In this document: piece by piece, positions 32,962 through 44,101 of the stretch
Position numbering within the stretch: position 1 is the stretch's first letter
Layout of the letters: each line of letters begins with the position of its first letter
The notes under the pieces: model-generated
The model's database searches: none
What the model saw: only the letters and a program-made list of their open reading frames with translations
Told to the model about the DNA's origin: nothing
Source of the DNA: a virus
Taxonomy: Duplodnaviria > Caudoviricetes
Strand: one strand, 5' to 3'
IMG/VR virus record: IMGVR_UViG_3300025723_000013
DNA length: 64,000 nucleotides
Made by a program: the position numbers and the translations under genes

Positions 32962-34494
32962 TCACTTATTTTTTTGATCAATAAACCTGGCAATTTCTTT
33001 TTTATAAACTTCAGTTTCTTTCTTATAAATTTGTTGAGCAAAATTAGTATCAAGTGTACACATTGTTGCGGAATTTGGAGTATAAAATAACATATTTGAT
33101 ATTAAATAATTGTGATTGCCTCTATATAGCATGGTGTCAAAAATCCAGTTATCTCCATATCCAATTTTTAAATCATCTGGAATATTAACCCAATCCTGTT
33201 TAAATAGAAACATGAGGCATCCAAACCCAAATCCATTTTGTCCATTATAATAATCAATATCAATCGATCCGTCAACAAAAGAAGTGTGGGCATCTAGTCC
33301 AAAGATTTTATTTGGTTCGAGATATTCATAGATCTTGTTAATTAGTTTAAGATCAAAAATAAGATCATCATTTAAAATGCAAATCCTATCATATCTACTG
33401 TTTTTAACTCCAAAATTCCATGCTGGATTAACAAATGTATTCTGATCAAAATTGTAGAGAGATATTTTATCGTTATCCAACACGCTGTGCGCAGGAGTGT
33501 CTGCAACTGCATTATTAATTATTAGCACCTCTCCAATTAGCGGTATCTTTGTTAATTCAGATACAAAATTTAGAAATGGTTTGAACTTCCACATCGTGGG
33601 CACAATAACAGTAATTTTAGAATCAAAATTATAAACGCTATCAACAACTTTTGACGGTTTATGAGAAATTAATTTAGGTAAATGGTCTACAGCTTGGGAG
33701 TGAAAACATTTTAAAAAATCCAACGGAAATAAGGAAATATCCACTAATTCAAATTGATCGCCGCTTCTTTCAAATAAATCTTTATTGTTTTCAATTTGTC
33801 TTTTAATATGTTCAGGATTCTTAAAATAATCGTTGTTGAATTCTTGATGAGCAAAATTTTCAATCTTGTCTATAATATGCTTGACATTTCCAAAGTAACT
33901 GAGATGCCATCCGGCATTTTTTATATGAGGAATTTGATATCGATTATTTCTAAACCATTGTGCCGTTTTTTCTTTGATTAATCCTGCTTTAGAAAATATT
34001 GTTCCTACCCAAACATTGAGATTTCTATGTGTTAAATCATAATAAAAAAATTCCTGTAATAATGCACCGTAGGCAAATCCAAGTTGAGCATGCAAATCTG
34101 AATAAATCGATTTGATGACATCTTTGTTTGGGATCTCGTCAGCATCGCTTATTAACACAAGATCATCATCGCCTATTTGATTTACAAATGCAGTGATGTG
34201 ATTTCGCTGAAGATTTTCAACTATCCAAAATGGAGAGTTTTCGCCGTGGTTTTCATGATGATCAAAATCCAATTTGTGGATTGAATTATCAAAAATATAA
34301 GGAAAATAAATTATTTTATCTTTGTATTTTGAATATCTTTGCTCATTCTCTAAAAAATAAAAAGGCTTTGGTTTACCCGAATGAGTGATGTTGGATTCAA
34401 CAATAACAAAATAATCCACAGTATCATGAAGATATTTTATCCTAGATTCTAAAATATCCAATTCATTAAAAAATATAAATGTATCGTATATCAT
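32962..34494 (-). CDS. Fused glycosyltransferase: GT17-like plus GT2-like
   Basis: MIYDTFIFFNELD...FVIVES...SGKPK, SDADEIP, GWHLSYFG; second domain VIVPTMW, NPAWN, ILNDD. Confidence 0.85.
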   Translation of the reverse strand: MIYDTFIFFNELDILESRIKYLHDTVDYFVIVESNITHSGKPKPFYFLENEQRYSKYKDKIIYFPYIFDNSIHKLDFDHHENHGENSPFWIVENLQRNHITAFVNQIGDDDLVLISDADEIPNKDVIKSIYSDLHAQLGFAYGALLQEFFYYDLTHRNLNVWVGTIFSKAGLIKEKTAQWFRNNRYQIPHIKNAGWHLSYFGNVKHIIDKIENFAHQEFNNDYFKNPEHIKRQIENNKDLFERSGDQFELVDISLFPLDFLKCFHSQAVDHLPKLISHKPSKVVDSVYNFDSKITVIVPTMWKFKPFLNFVSELTKIPLIGEVLIINNAVADTPAHSVLDNDKISLYNFDQNTFVNPAWNFGVKNSRYDRICILNDDLIFDLKLINKIYEYLEPNKIFGLDAHTSFVDGSIDIDYYNGQNGFGFGCLMFLFKQDWVNIPDDLKIGYGDNWIFDTMLYRGNHNYLISNMLFYTPNSATMCTLDTNFAQQIYKKETEVYKKEIARFIDQKNK

Positions 34495-34497
34495 GTA

Positions 34498-35001
34498 TTA
34501 CCAACACTTTGTATAATCTAACAATTCACTTTGTCGGCTCACTTCTTTGACAAAATATGCGCAGATGGGCTTATTGCCTTTGTGTAAGGGTGTGGTCAGC
34601 AACTGCCCAGTTTTAATTTTGGGAAAATACCACTTGACATCTTGATAGACATTGACTATGTCAATGTCTAAAAATTCCGGTCTAAAAGAACTCAAGGGAT
34701 TGAAACAGAATGTTTTAAATCCTCGATCATTTAAACTGGTCAACGGAAGCACCTCCATGTCCGGACCTTCAGGATCTCCTACCACTGTGCACCAGTCCAA
34801 GGGCATGTTAATTTCATAAGGACCAATTTGTAATACCGCTGCTGGCGCGGTAAAACTTTCTAGGAAAATCAATGGAATAAAGAAGTAATCGGTATTTGAT
34901 GGGTCACTGTTATCCATGACCGAAAATCTCATGTTTTCGTCCACTTCCTCGGGAAGATCATTTAAAAAAAATGTCTGATTTTGTAATGTAAGTATCTGCA
35001 T
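34498..35001 (-). CDS. Hypothetical phage protein
   Basis: Coupled to UvsW; PLIFLESF, WYFPK. Confidence 0.75.
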   Translation of the reverse strand: MQILTLQNQTFFLNDLPEEVDENMRFSVMDNSDPSNTDYFFIPLIFLESFTAPAAVLQIGPYEINMPLDWCTVVGDPEGPDMEVLPLTSLNDRGFKTFCFNPLSSFRPEFLDIDIVNVYQDVKWYFPKIKTGQLLTTPLHKGNKPICAYFVKEVSRQSELLDYTKCW

Positions 35002-36479
35002 TATTGATATTTCACCTTGTCAATTGTAAAAGGATATTGTGCGTCTCGATAAAAACGTTTCCTTTCTGTTAAATGTCGTTTGGCATACTTACTGGCTGCT
35101 GTAATATCCCAAATTTGAACAAAATCTTTGTCGTCGGCTTTGCGTATACCGCGTCCGATGCTTTGAATAACACGTACAAAACTTTTACCTGGTTCGATCA
35201 AGACCAAATTAAAAATTCTAGGTATATTGATGCCCACAGCAGCCACTCCATAGGTGGCAACGATAATTTTGTTATCAGAAGTTTTAATTTCATCGTATTC
35301 TTCTTTTCTATCTTTGGTTTTGACTGCACCGGAAACAAACGCTACCTCTTGGCCTGTCAATGCTGTGAGATTTTCTTTAATCATATTTCCGCAATCAATG
35401 CGATCGACCAACACCAATGTATTTCCTGTATTTGCTATTCCGGAAATTATTTTGGAAATGAATTCAACACGTTCTTGACTTGTGACCAAATATTTCAATT
35501 CTTCTTGATAATTGCTAAACGCTTTCCACTCACTTGTTTGAACTATATTTACATGACATTGACTCAATATACCTTTTTGTTGTAATTCATGAGCACTGAC
35601 ACGACCTACTACGTCACCTAATGACACACGTATATTTTGAAAATTTATTTCTTCCTTGGGAACCGTTCCGGTCAATCCCCAACGTATGGGAGTATTTCTT
35701 AGATTATGTGTCAACAATTTCTTAAGTACATCAGCTTTGGCCATGTGTACCTCGTCAACTATGATGGTATTAACATTTTCAAGAAATTCTGCCAGAGTCA
35801 ATAACTCATCGCTGTTTTCAAAGTTTTTACTTTTTTTATCCAGGATATTGAGACTTTGCCAGGTGCAAATTGTGTGCGTTTTATTAAGATCTTTTCTATC
35901 TCCATAGTAGACGCCAACATCCAATCCCACATTGATAAAATCTTCTTCGGTTTGTTCAACTAGACTTTTGTTAGGAACTATAGTGATAGTGCGTCCATAT
36001 TTTTCACAAATCTTGCTCAAGGTAGCGGTCATGATGGTTTTGCCTGCTCCTGTGGCCACCTCTTGTAGTGATTGTGGATTGTTGAGAAAATTATTTACAA
36101 CTTCCACTTGATCACTACGCAATCTAATGGGTTCTCCTTCAAAACGGTGACCTTTAGGCCACCTACTGTCTCCCCAAAAATCTTCATTGATCTGATCAAA
36201 CTCCAATGCAGGGCTTGTTCTTAAATCTTCAACCTCCACATAATAATTATATTTTTCTAGTTCAAGTAAAACAGGTTCCAGCATTGCTAGATAAGTGGTT
36301 CCGCCAATGCCAAAAAAACTTACGGATCCATCCCATCGACCTAGCTGATAGGATGGCCTATATCTTGCTGTGGGGTCTTCATATTTGAATTTTTTAGTCA
36401 AAGCTTTGCGAGTATCTAGATCAAGCCCGTCAATCTTGATATTAACCTCGTCTTTGATTATGATTTTACAGCTGGCCAA
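35001..36479 (-). CDS. uvsW: UvsW-like SF2 helicase
   Basis: ATGAGKT, DEVH, GLTGT, QSIGRGIR. Confidence 0.9.
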   Translation of the reverse strand: MASCKIIIKDEVNIKIDGLDLDTRKALTKKFKYEDPTARYRPSYQLGRWDGSVSFFGIGGTTYLAMLEPVLLELEKYNYYVEVEDLRTSPALEFDQINEDFWGDSRWPKGHRFEGEPIRLRSDQVEVVNNFLNNPQSLQEVATGAGKTIMTATLSKICEKYGRTITIVPNKSLVEQTEEDFINVGLDVGVYYGDRKDLNKTHTICTWQSLNILDKKSKNFENSDELLTLAEFLENVNTIIVDEVHMAKADVLKKLLTHNLRNTPIRWGLTGTVPKEEINFQNIRVSLGDVVGRVSAHELQQKGILSQCHVNIVQTSEWKAFSNYQEELKYLVTSQERVEFISKIISGIANTGNTLVLVDRIDCGNMIKENLTALTGQEVAFVSGAVKTKDRKEEYDEIKTSDNKIIVATYGVAAVGINIPRIFNLVLIEPGKSFVRVIQSIGRGIRKADDKDFVQIWDITAASKYAKRHLTERKRFYRDAQYPFTIDKVKYQ

Positions 36480-36482
36480 TTT

Positions 36483-37694
36483 TTATCTCTTTTGTAGATC
36501 CAGTAAGTTCATGTGGATAATATTATGATGTCGTTGCAAGAAATTTTTAATCGTGTAATGAGCAGAGTTTGATCCAAAATTTACTACAAGATCAAAACGT
36601 TTGTTGGATTCAAAAAGTGTTTTGGGAAGTTTCACACTCACGAATACAAATTTTGTACTATCAGAAATAGATCCATTTAGATTGTTTTCTTTGATATAGT
36701 CATTGCACATTTTGCCAGTACTGCTATCAAGCCTAAATAAAACTGACATTTGATCATCTCTATAGTTCATGGATTTTAAACTATTGTGTGCAGTTTGTAA
36801 ATGATATAATTCGCTGCCGCCGGGAATAATAAAAAGAATATTATCAGAAAATTTAATAATATGTTGTAAAAAATTTAACGATTCGTGTTCCAGAGCACAG
36901 GGTGCAATTGAATTATTTCTCAACCATTTTTTTACAGAATCTGGATAGGCAGCAGCAGTCAAATGTTGATCAACTGTTTCATCCATGCAGGATATGCCAT
37001 ATTTTTTAGCACCAATCAAAATTTCTAATAAATTATCAGTTGATATTTTTGGAATTCTTTCGTGTGCATTTTTAAAAACATATTTAGAATCTTCAAATGA
37101 AACCATGGGAATGTAATTTTCAATTTGGCTACCCACTTCTTCTATTTGTTTTAGTATTGAATCAAATTCTTCATCTCTGACAAAGTTGTTGAATTTTGAT
37201 AAAAATAAAATGTTAGATTCGGTCAATGCAAAGGTCCAATATTTTTTTGAATTGTTCCATGAGATCTGTTTCGATTCAAAACTCAAATTTAATGACGATT
37301 TATATTCTTTGATTTGATCAATTAACTCTTCATCGTAGGGAAAATAAACCAAGATTTTTTTATTGGTTGATCCTTTGTTATATGAAGGATCATAAATTTC
37401 TTCGATACAAATTTTTCTTATTTGGGCAATTATTCTACTGGGCATTCTAAACTGAGGTTTATCTAAAAATTGTTCTACATCAAAATTTAACGCTCTAGAC
37501 AATTGAGATTTATATTTTTTAATTATTTGTATAGCTAAAGATCTTTGCTTTTCGGTCAAAGAATCTCCTCTGATTAACTGAGCAGCAAAACTGGTTATGT
37601 ATTTTTGATCAATCAAATTGAGTAGTAAAGGCATAGAGAAAATATAATTTCCCTCGCATGCCAGTCTTTCAATTAGTTCTTCCACGTACATCAA
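36483..37694 (-). CDS. Hypothetical protein
   Basis: 403-aa ORF in operon. Confidence 0.7.
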   Translation of the reverse strand: MMYVEELIERLACEGNYIFSMPLLLNLIDQKYITSFAAQLIRGDSLTEKQRSLAIQIIKKYKSQLSRALNFDVEQFLDKPQFRMPSRIIAQIRKICIEEIYDPSYNKGSTNKKILVYFPYDEELIDQIKEYKSSLNLSFESKQISWNNSKKYWTFALTESNILFLSKFNNFVRDEEFDSILKQIEEVGSQIENYIPMVSFEDSKYVFKNAHERIPKISTDNLLEILIGAKKYGISCMDETVDQHLTAAAYPDSVKKWLRNNSIAPCALEHESLNFLQHIIKFSDNILFIIPGGSELYHLQTAHNSLKSMNYRDDQMSVLFRLDSSTGKMCNDYIKENNLNGSISDSTKFVFVSVKLPKTLFESNKRFDLVVNFGSNSAHYTIKNFLQRHHNIIHMNLLDLQKR

Positions 37695-38149
37695 ATCGAA
37701 ACATCCTCTAATCCTGCTGTACGCAGTTTAACAATGTTGGTGATTTGCCATTGTTTTTGATCAATGGCCTTGATAATACCTAACCATTGATTTCTTAACA
37801 GGGCAAACTCATTAATGATTTTTTCCATGTCAACTACGTCTGCTTCGCCGTCCACATACTTTTCAACATCTCTGGAACTTAATGCTCTTTGATAATTCTC
37901 TAAATATTTCTTAAAAATCTTGCTACGTATTCTTCTTAGCTCGATATTTAAATATTCTAAAATCGCTTCAATTTCTTGTAATTGATTAAAGCGATGTTCT
38001 ACAATTCCAGGCAGTTGTGCCGAGGCCTTTTCTACATTGCCAAAAATCTTGACTTCTTTTTTGGCAGAATCAAGTTCGTGATAAAAATGATCAATGCAGG
38101 AAGGAAGGTGAGCAATGTCCTTGCTCACCTTTGAGTACCATAAGGACAT
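37691..38149 (-). CDS. uvsY: UvsY-like recombination mediator
   Basis: Helical; FKKYLENY.RAL..RDVEKYVDGE; next to uvsX and uvsW. Confidence 0.75.
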   Translation of the reverse strand: MSLWYSKVSKDIAHLPSCIDHFYHELDSAKKEVKIFGNVEKASAQLPGIVEHRFNQLQEIEAILEYLNIELRRIRSKIFKKYLENYQRALSSRDVEKYVDGEADVVDMEKIINEFALLRNQWLGIIKAIDQKQWQITNIVKLRTAGLEDVSI

Positions 38150-38391
38150 TAATAATCCTCGTGATCATGTCCAAAATCTTCTTCGTCCTCGTGGTCCTCT
38201 GGTCCATCGATTACTAAATTAATAGCATCATCGAGATGTGGATCATAAGACAAATATCCTTCCAATGTTTCGGCATCAATATCTTTTCCTAAAAGGAAAT
38301 CAACATATTGACCTGCAGCATTGTCCTTGTTCTTTTCCGGAATATACTGCTTGAAAGTATCCCAAATTTCAATGATCAAACTCTCGTCCAT
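38149..38391 (-). CDS. Acidic hypothetical protein
   Basis: Coupled ORF. Confidence 0.7.
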   Translation of the reverse strand: MDESLIIEIWDTFKQYIPEKNKDNAAGQYVDFLLGKDIDAETLEGYLSYDPHLDDAINLVIDGPEDHEDEEDFGHDHEDY

Positions 38392-39449
38392 TATTCGCCC
38401 TCGCTATCGGTTATGTTATTTGTAGATTGATTAACTAAAAGTTCATCCCACTGATCCATAATAAGTCTTAATTTATCTTCGGTCCAGTTTTTACGAAACT
38501 CCGAAATAATCTCTCCGGTCTCTTTGTCAGTGTAGGCCAATTTATTGCCCGACTTGGATAATACATTCATCTTTTCAAACATGTCTACCAAACCGGAAGT
38601 GGCACTCATTCCTGTGGAATAAGGAATTTCAACTTGCACAGTTTCAAATGGTTTAGCATAGCGTGTTTTCATGATTTTACAGGCACTTCGTATGCCATGC
38701 ACTTCGGAGGTCTTATTGCCATCTGCATCGGTCTTGAGTTTTAATTTCTTCATTGCAACCACAATACTGGATGCGTAAATGAATCCTTGGCCGCCGCTAA
38801 TTTTATCATCAGGATCAAACATGTCCTGACTAGCATAGGTATGATTGGTACAGATCATGCCCACATTCCAACTGCCAAACATGTTGACACAGTTGCGCAC
38901 CAAGGATGTTAGGGCTTTGGGTTTACGACCCATGTCGCCCTTCATTTCGCCTGCTTCGAACTGATTGACATCAGTCGGAGTTAACAACATACCAAGGCTA
39001 TCAATCACAAATAATACCTTTGGACGATCCTCATTTGGCATCAATTTGTATTCTTTCATAAACTCTGAAATAGTTTTGGCCACATCGTCAATCATGGCCA
39101 TGTTTAACTTCAGCAGTTTATCTTCTGCGGTATCTACTCCCAATGCTTTTAACCAAGCTTCGTCCAACGCATTTTCACTGTCAATAAGGATTACATAAAT
39201 GCCCTGTTCTTGTGCATGCTTAATGATGTTGCCCGAACAGATATAACTTTTACCTGCCCCGGATTCTCCTGCAAACACAGTGACCTTACCCAGCGGAACT
39301 CCTTTAAAGAAATCTCCTGAAATAAGATAATTCAAAGCATAATTACCAGTCGAGATCCAGTCTGTGGGGTCGTTAAATCCGACCCCTAGACCGTCAATTG
39401 ACTTGGTAATGCTCTTTCTAAATTTAGAAATATCAAAACTTTTTGTCAT
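38391..39449 (-). CDS. uvsX: RecA/UvsX recombinase
   Basis: ISTGNYALN, GESGAGKS, IDSENA, VIDSLG, SGGQG. Confidence 0.95.
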   Translation of the reverse strand: MTKSFDISKFRKSITKSIDGLGVGFNDPTDWISTGNYALNYLISGDFFKGVPLGKVTVFAGESGAGKSYICSGNIIKHAQEQGIYVILIDSENALDEAWLKALGVDTAEDKLLKLNMAMIDDVAKTISEFMKEYKLMPNEDRPKVLFVIDSLGMLLTPTDVNQFEAGEMKGDMGRKPKALTSLVRNCVNMFGSWNVGMICTNHTYASQDMFDPDDKISGGQGFIYASSIVVAMKKLKLKTDADGNKTSEVHGIRSACKIMKTRYAKPFETVQVEIPYSTGMSATSGLVDMFEKMNVLSKSGNKLAYTDKETGEIISEFRKNWTEDKLRLIMDQWDELLVNQSTNNITDSEGE

Positions 39450-39463
39450 TTTGATCTCCTAAA

Positions 39464-40507
39464 TTACTGCTGAACCGCGCGACTACGGATCCTTTGCATA
39501 ATTTCCTGTGCTCGGGCTGCACCGTCACTGACTGGAGCAGATTTTTCATCTGCCTTGACAGCAACTTTTTCTTCAACCTTGAGAACAGGCTTTTCTTCAA
39601 TCTTAGGTGCAGCAGCACGAGCAGGAGATGCAGATGTAATCACATCATCCTCGCCCAAGTCATCATTGCCTCGCGACGAAGATGCGTAGTTTGAAGGCTT
39701 AAAGTATTGACCCCAGCGAGCCATATCAAATGCTTCGCCGTCAACTGATGCCTGGAACATTTCCTGAATTACCTTAAGTTCAACCTCAGTGGGCTTCTTA
39801 GGAAGAAAACTCTTTAAATCAAAGAGTCCATACTTTTCAATAGCAGCCATTTCGTTTGCATCTAGTGCACGTTCACGACGAGCATAGCTTGAAGAAGTAT
39901 AATCAGCAAACTTGCCTTTCTTGGTCTTGGCAATCTTGAAATCTAATCCACGCACATAGTCAGTCGGCAGTTCTTCAATTTCCGGATCCATGACACCGGT
40001 CTTTACGATATTGAAAATCTGTGCGTTCATAACAAATCGTCGGATTGGATTTTCTGGAGCTTTATCATCGGGCACCTTGTTATCAACTACAAATCCTTGG
40101 AAAAGATAACTGCGTTTCTTCCAATAACGGCTACCCAATGCTTCTAGCTCGGCCTTGAATGCTGGATCTCGTTCGTCCTTGGCCTGCTTGTACCAAGCAC
40201 GCGCTTCTGTAAGGATAGGACATACCTCATTCTTTCCATACATTTCCATGCAAGGAACAGCCACTGTTACCGGCTTAGAATCAGTTTCTCCCACAATGCC
40301 AGCAAAGGGCATTTTAATAACTGATCGCTCTATCCAAAATCCCCATTCATTGTTCGGATCTGCATCTGGTAAGAAACGTACTGTTGTTGTTTGATCGTCT
40401 TGGATATTCCAAAAAGGATAGATTGCGTTGTCGCCGCCGGTTGAGCCACCGGTACCTTTTTGAGATGATGCTTGAAGTTTTGCTCTAATTTCTGCTAATG
40501 TTGCCAT
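39464..40507 (-). CDS. Single-stranded DNA-binding protein gp32-like
   Basis: VRFLPD, CMEMYG...CPI, YWKKRSY, ADYTSS. Confidence 0.9.
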   Translation of the reverse strand: MATLAEIRAKLQASSQKGTGGSTGGDNAIYPFWNIQDDQTTTVRFLPDADPNNEWGFWIERSVIKMPFAGIVGETDSKPVTVAVPCMEMYGKNEVCPILTEARAWYKQAKDERDPAFKAELEALGSRYWKKRSYLFQGFVVDNKVPDDKAPENPIRRFVMNAQIFNIVKTGVMDPEIEELPTDYVRGLDFKIAKTKKGKFADYTSSSYARRERALDANEMAAIEKYGLFDLKSFLPKKPTEVELKVIQEMFQASVDGEAFDMARWGQYFKPSNYASSSRGNDDLGEDDVITSASPARAAAPKIEEKPVLKVEEKVAVKADEKSAPVSDGAARAQEIMQRIRSRAVQQ

Positions 40508-40619
40508 AATGTTTTTCCTTTTGTTTAAGCCACATCTTTTTAGCCAACTGACTAAAAAGAAAAAGTGTGCATATGTCTATAATATACACACTTCTATTTA
40601 TTAAAGCAAGAAAAAATTA

Positions 40620-42440
40620 TTATTTTTTTAAGCCAGACAATCTCAAAATATCTTCAAAAGCCGTTTGATCCGGTTTTTCCATCATGTTTCTATTTTTGAT
40701 GTTTTGTTGTAGCACAGAATTAAATCTTTCTGGACCAAGTACTCGATGCATATGCATAAACTTTTTGGCCAATCGTGCTGCATGCGGACCACCTTCTTTT
40801 TCTATCTTGGTGATAACGCCGGTTTCGCCCAATGTAAAGGTTCCTTCCTGCACATTATAAAACCCTTGGATTCTTTCGGCTACATCTGTGGGAGAAAGTT
40901 TTTTCTTATTGGGTTCTCTTTCTATTTCTTCATCTTCTTCGGTAGGGGACGGAGGTGCTATTCCGGGTTCAGCTCCAGCAGGCGGCTGCTCTTCGGCTGG
41001 AGGAGTTTCTGGAACTTCAGGAGATGCGACTGCTTCCGGTGGAGGAGTTTCCTCCGGCTCGGCGGCTTGTTCTTCTTTATCGCTGTTATCTAGACCTAAT
41101 TCTTTGATGGCATCTTGATCATTTTTTTCATGTAACCAGGATCTCAGTATAGTTCTCATATCGCCATTGGGACCGGCTGCTTCGATAGCGTCTGATAAAT
41201 CTTGATCTAATATTCCAATATCCTCCAACGCCTGCATGGAAGGAGTGCCTTCTAATCCTGTTGTGTCTAACTCGCCGCTATCGAGAAGCTTTTTCAATTG
41301 AGAAATCTGATCGTCAGTCGGGCGGCCTTCTGCTACCTGTGTTGTCCATTCAGAAAATTCTGAAAATTCTTTTATTTCTTTTTCACACTTGCATTGGGTT
41401 TCATACATGCCACATTCGTCGCATGTTTCTTCTCGAGTTTCGCTTACCATGTCCGCTAGATTGACTTCGCCAATTTCTTGCATGATTTTGTGTATTAATG
41501 GAAAGTATTGAACTAGATTTTCATTAAATTTATTAACAGTAAATTGACTTTTGTAGTGTTCCATGGTTGCCTGATCCATGACCATTTGATCATCTTCGGA
41601 TGAGGCATGCTGACCTTCCTTCCATTCTTCGTAACCGCGTTGTGTGCTAATACGTTTCATACATTCACGCAACTGATCTAGTTTTCCACATGCTCTTTCT
41701 AAAATCTCATTGGCCTCGGTCTGCATTGTGTCATTGACCACATGATGAGCATGCTTTTTAAATGATGCCAGCTGAGCAATTTCCTCTGCCATCTTGACTA
41801 TTTTTTGTCCATGATGATCATGTGGTCTTCCATCATTGGCCACATGTCGACCCATGGCTTCGGCCAATCGTAAAGAATTTATTGGGCATTTATAACGTTC
41901 ACCTGCCTGGTTCTCCACATAGATAGCTCGGATATGTCTATGGCGACCACCGTCACTTACAGGAGCACTGTGTCTTACTATAATTTTTACTTTTTCCAAC
42001 ATGGGCAAATAACTGCTTCGTGAGCTGCCATACATTCTGCTTTCCGCCATTTTTTCTTCCTTAGATCCGGTTGATGCTAGATATTGAAAATCATCTTTGT
42101 TCAAATTGGATTTTGTTATATCTCTTGTATCAAAACGTAGCATTCTACGTTTGGCAAATAGTCTCATTTCTCTTAAAAAATCAAACCATACTCCTTGAGT
42201 AAAACGATCTTGACCTTGAAGTATTCCTTTTCCGTAAAATATTTTCAACGTGCCAACGTCATTGATGCTGATGCTGACTCTGCCAAGATTGTTGCCTTCA
42301 AATACAAAGTCAAAATCAAAAAATCGGGCTGCTAATGGATCTGATGTAATCTTGCCATTTTGATCGCCCATTTCTAGGTTAGAATAGCGACTGCGTATTT
42401 TATCAAAAAGATCTTGAGAAATGAGTTCTATAGCGTTCAT
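40620..42440 (-). CDS. Late modular protein
   Basis: TAAATA-N7-ATG; acidic Pro-rich linker. Confidence 0.75.
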   Translation of the reverse strand: MNAIELISQDLFDKIRSRYSNLEMGDQNGKITSDPLAARFFDFDFVFEGNNLGRVSISINDVGTLKIFYGKGILQGQDRFTQGVWFDFLREMRLFAKRRMLRFDTRDITKSNLNKDDFQYLASTGSKEEKMAESRMYGSSRSSYLPMLEKVKIIVRHSAPVSDGGRHRHIRAIYVENQAGERYKCPINSLRLAEAMGRHVANDGRPHDHHGQKIVKMAEEIAQLASFKKHAHHVVNDTMQTEANEILERACGKLDQLRECMKRISTQRGYEEWKEGQHASSEDDQMVMDQATMEHYKSQFTVNKFNENLVQYFPLIHKIMQEIGEVNLADMVSETREETCDECGMYETQCKCEKEIKEFSEFSEWTTQVAEGRPTDDQISQLKKLLDSGELDTTGLEGTPSMQALEDIGILDQDLSDAIEAAGPNGDMRTILRSWLHEKNDQDAIKELGLDNSDKEEQAAEPEETPPPEAVASPEVPETPPAEEQPPAGAEPGIAPPSPTEEDEEIEREPNKKKLSPTDVAERIQGFYNVQEGTFTLGETGVITKIEKEGGPHAARLAKKFMHMHRVLGPERFNSVLQQNIKNRNMMEKPDQTAFEDILRLSGLKK

Positions 42441-42446
42441 AGTGTA

Positions 42447-44042
42447 CTATTTATGTAAAGTGCTGATGTAAATCGGCATAGGCAAATCATGTTCTTCCAA
42501 ACCTTTATGATCTCGCATTTTTTCATAAATTACAGGATCCCAATCTTGTAAAATCATGATCATACGCATGGATAACAATAGGCTTGAAACCAAATCATCG
42601 TGCTGACCTGATTTTGCCTTGAATGATATGCCCGAAGCTATAAATGTTTTAAGTTCGCTGATTAAAGTTTTGCTGTTTAATTTTATTTGCTTGCTTTCAA
42701 TCAACTGCTTTAGTTTGGCACAGGCAGCAATTTTGGCTGAATGTGTGGTATTGAAGCCTCGTCGGAATCGTCTCACATGACCTTTTTTAATAGGTTCGCT
42801 TAGAAACAGTCCAGGAAAACTGTCCTCGCCCAATTCATTTATAGCCGCTATGGCGCTTTCGCCAATGGTATTATTTTCAACACTGTAGTAAATGCTACTG
42901 GTGGCGCCCATTTTATTACATTCGTCGTCTACATATTTGATCATATCTCGGAAAATTCTGGCTTGAGCTTGCACAGGAGTAGTATTATGATGCCATTCAC
43001 CCACTTGTTCTAGACTGGGTATTTCCAAAACTTCTATAGCAGCAAAATCACCACCTGTGCCCAAACTGGGGTCGAGGCTGAAAACATATGTCGAACTAGG
43101 GTCTATTCTTTTGTACCATCTGGCCTGTCCCATTTTCATAAAGGGTTCCTGCCCTTCCAGATCACTTAAACTGATGCTGTTGATCAATGTTTCACTGAAA
43201 ATCAAAAACTCGCATTGATGTTCACGACGGAATCTTTCTTCGCCCACTCTACTACGCTCAGTATCAGCCCAGGTTTCATCTCGTTCAGGATGTTGATTCC
43301 ATATGGCTTTGAATGGATAAAATCCATTTCTTCCTAATTCTGTTTCATTTCCAAACTCGTCAAATTTTTTATTAGCTTCATTCCAAATTTGAGCAAACTG
43401 ATCCTCGTCGCTGTTTGGAGTGCTAGTAATAATGGCTTTACCACCTGTGGCCAGAGTAGGGCTGATAGAGGTCCAAAATTCAACAGCAATATTGGGTTCC
43501 ACATATGCAAACTCGTCGGAGTAAAGCAAGGACACAGACATACCTCTACCTGTGGTTTCTGTAGTAGTTTGGGCTATTATTCTCGATCCGTTTTCAAATT
43601 CTACACTTTGTTTGTTATAGCTGGTAACACCTGCTCTTATCCAATCTGGGCAGGTTTCATAAGCATATCGTAATCGCTGCATGATTTCTTGTGCGCCCGA
43701 ATACTTGTGCGCGGCTATGAGAATAGTACTGTTATCCATAAACATCGCATACCATAGCAAATAACCCACCGCGGTGGTGGTTTTTCCCAGCTGCCTTCCA
43801 AGCATGTTAATGCTGAACCGATGTGTATGATAACTTTTTAGTAATTCCTCCTGATAATCATACGCCTCATATTTTAGTTTGCCCTGCACCGGATGCTGTA
43901 TAAAAAAATAATTTCTTAAGAAATGGGCAGGACCTGTGTCAGGATCTTGACATTTGATTAATTCTTCAATCTGAGCTTTGGTCCATTTTTGTTTTTGGTT
44001 TGCACGTTTTATTAAGACCCCATCGAGATTTTTACTACCCAT
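42447..44042 (-). CDS. Terminase large subunit (gp17-like)
   Basis: GRQLGKT, LLYSDEFAY, ITSTPN, DPSLGTGGD, HDDLV. Confidence 0.95.
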   Translation of the reverse strand: MGSKNLDGVLIKRANQKQKWTKAQIEELIKCQDPDTGPAHFLRNYFFIQHPVQGKLKYEAYDYQEELLKSYHTHRFSINMLGRQLGKTTTAVGYLLWYAMFMDNSTILIAAHKYSGAQEIMQRLRYAYETCPDWIRAGVTSYNKQSVEFENGSRIIAQTTTETTGRGMSVSLLYSDEFAYVEPNIAVEFWTSISPTLATGGKAIITSTPNSDEDQFAQIWNEANKKFDEFGNETELGRNGFYPFKAIWNQHPERDETWADTERSRVGEERFRREHQCEFLIFSETLINSISLSDLEGQEPFMKMGQARWYKRIDPSSTYVFSLDPSLGTGGDFAAIEVLEIPSLEQVGEWHHNTTPVQAQARIFRDMIKYVDDECNKMGATSSIYYSVENNTIGESAIAAINELGEDSFPGLFLSEPIKKGHVRRFRRGFNTTHSAKIAACAKLKQLIESKQIKLNSKTLISELKTFIASGISFKAKSGQHDDLVSSLLLSMRMIMILQDWDPVIYEKMRDHKGLEEHDLPMPIYISTLHK

Positions 44043-44060
44043 AATTATATTTACTCAAAA

Positions 44061-44084
44061 AAATAGGCCCCGCGGGGCCTATTT
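44061..44084 (-). terminator. Intrinsic terminator
   Basis: Perfect palindrome AAATAGGCCCCGCGGGGCCTATTT with A-run. Confidence 0.85.
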
Positions 44085-44101
44085 GATATGTTGTGTACGA
44101 T

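Noticed and set aside
34498-35001. Intein/Hint domain next to UvsW
   Set aside because: Beta-rich and of similar size, but there is no N-terminal Cys/Ser or C-terminal His-Asn; left as hypothetical.
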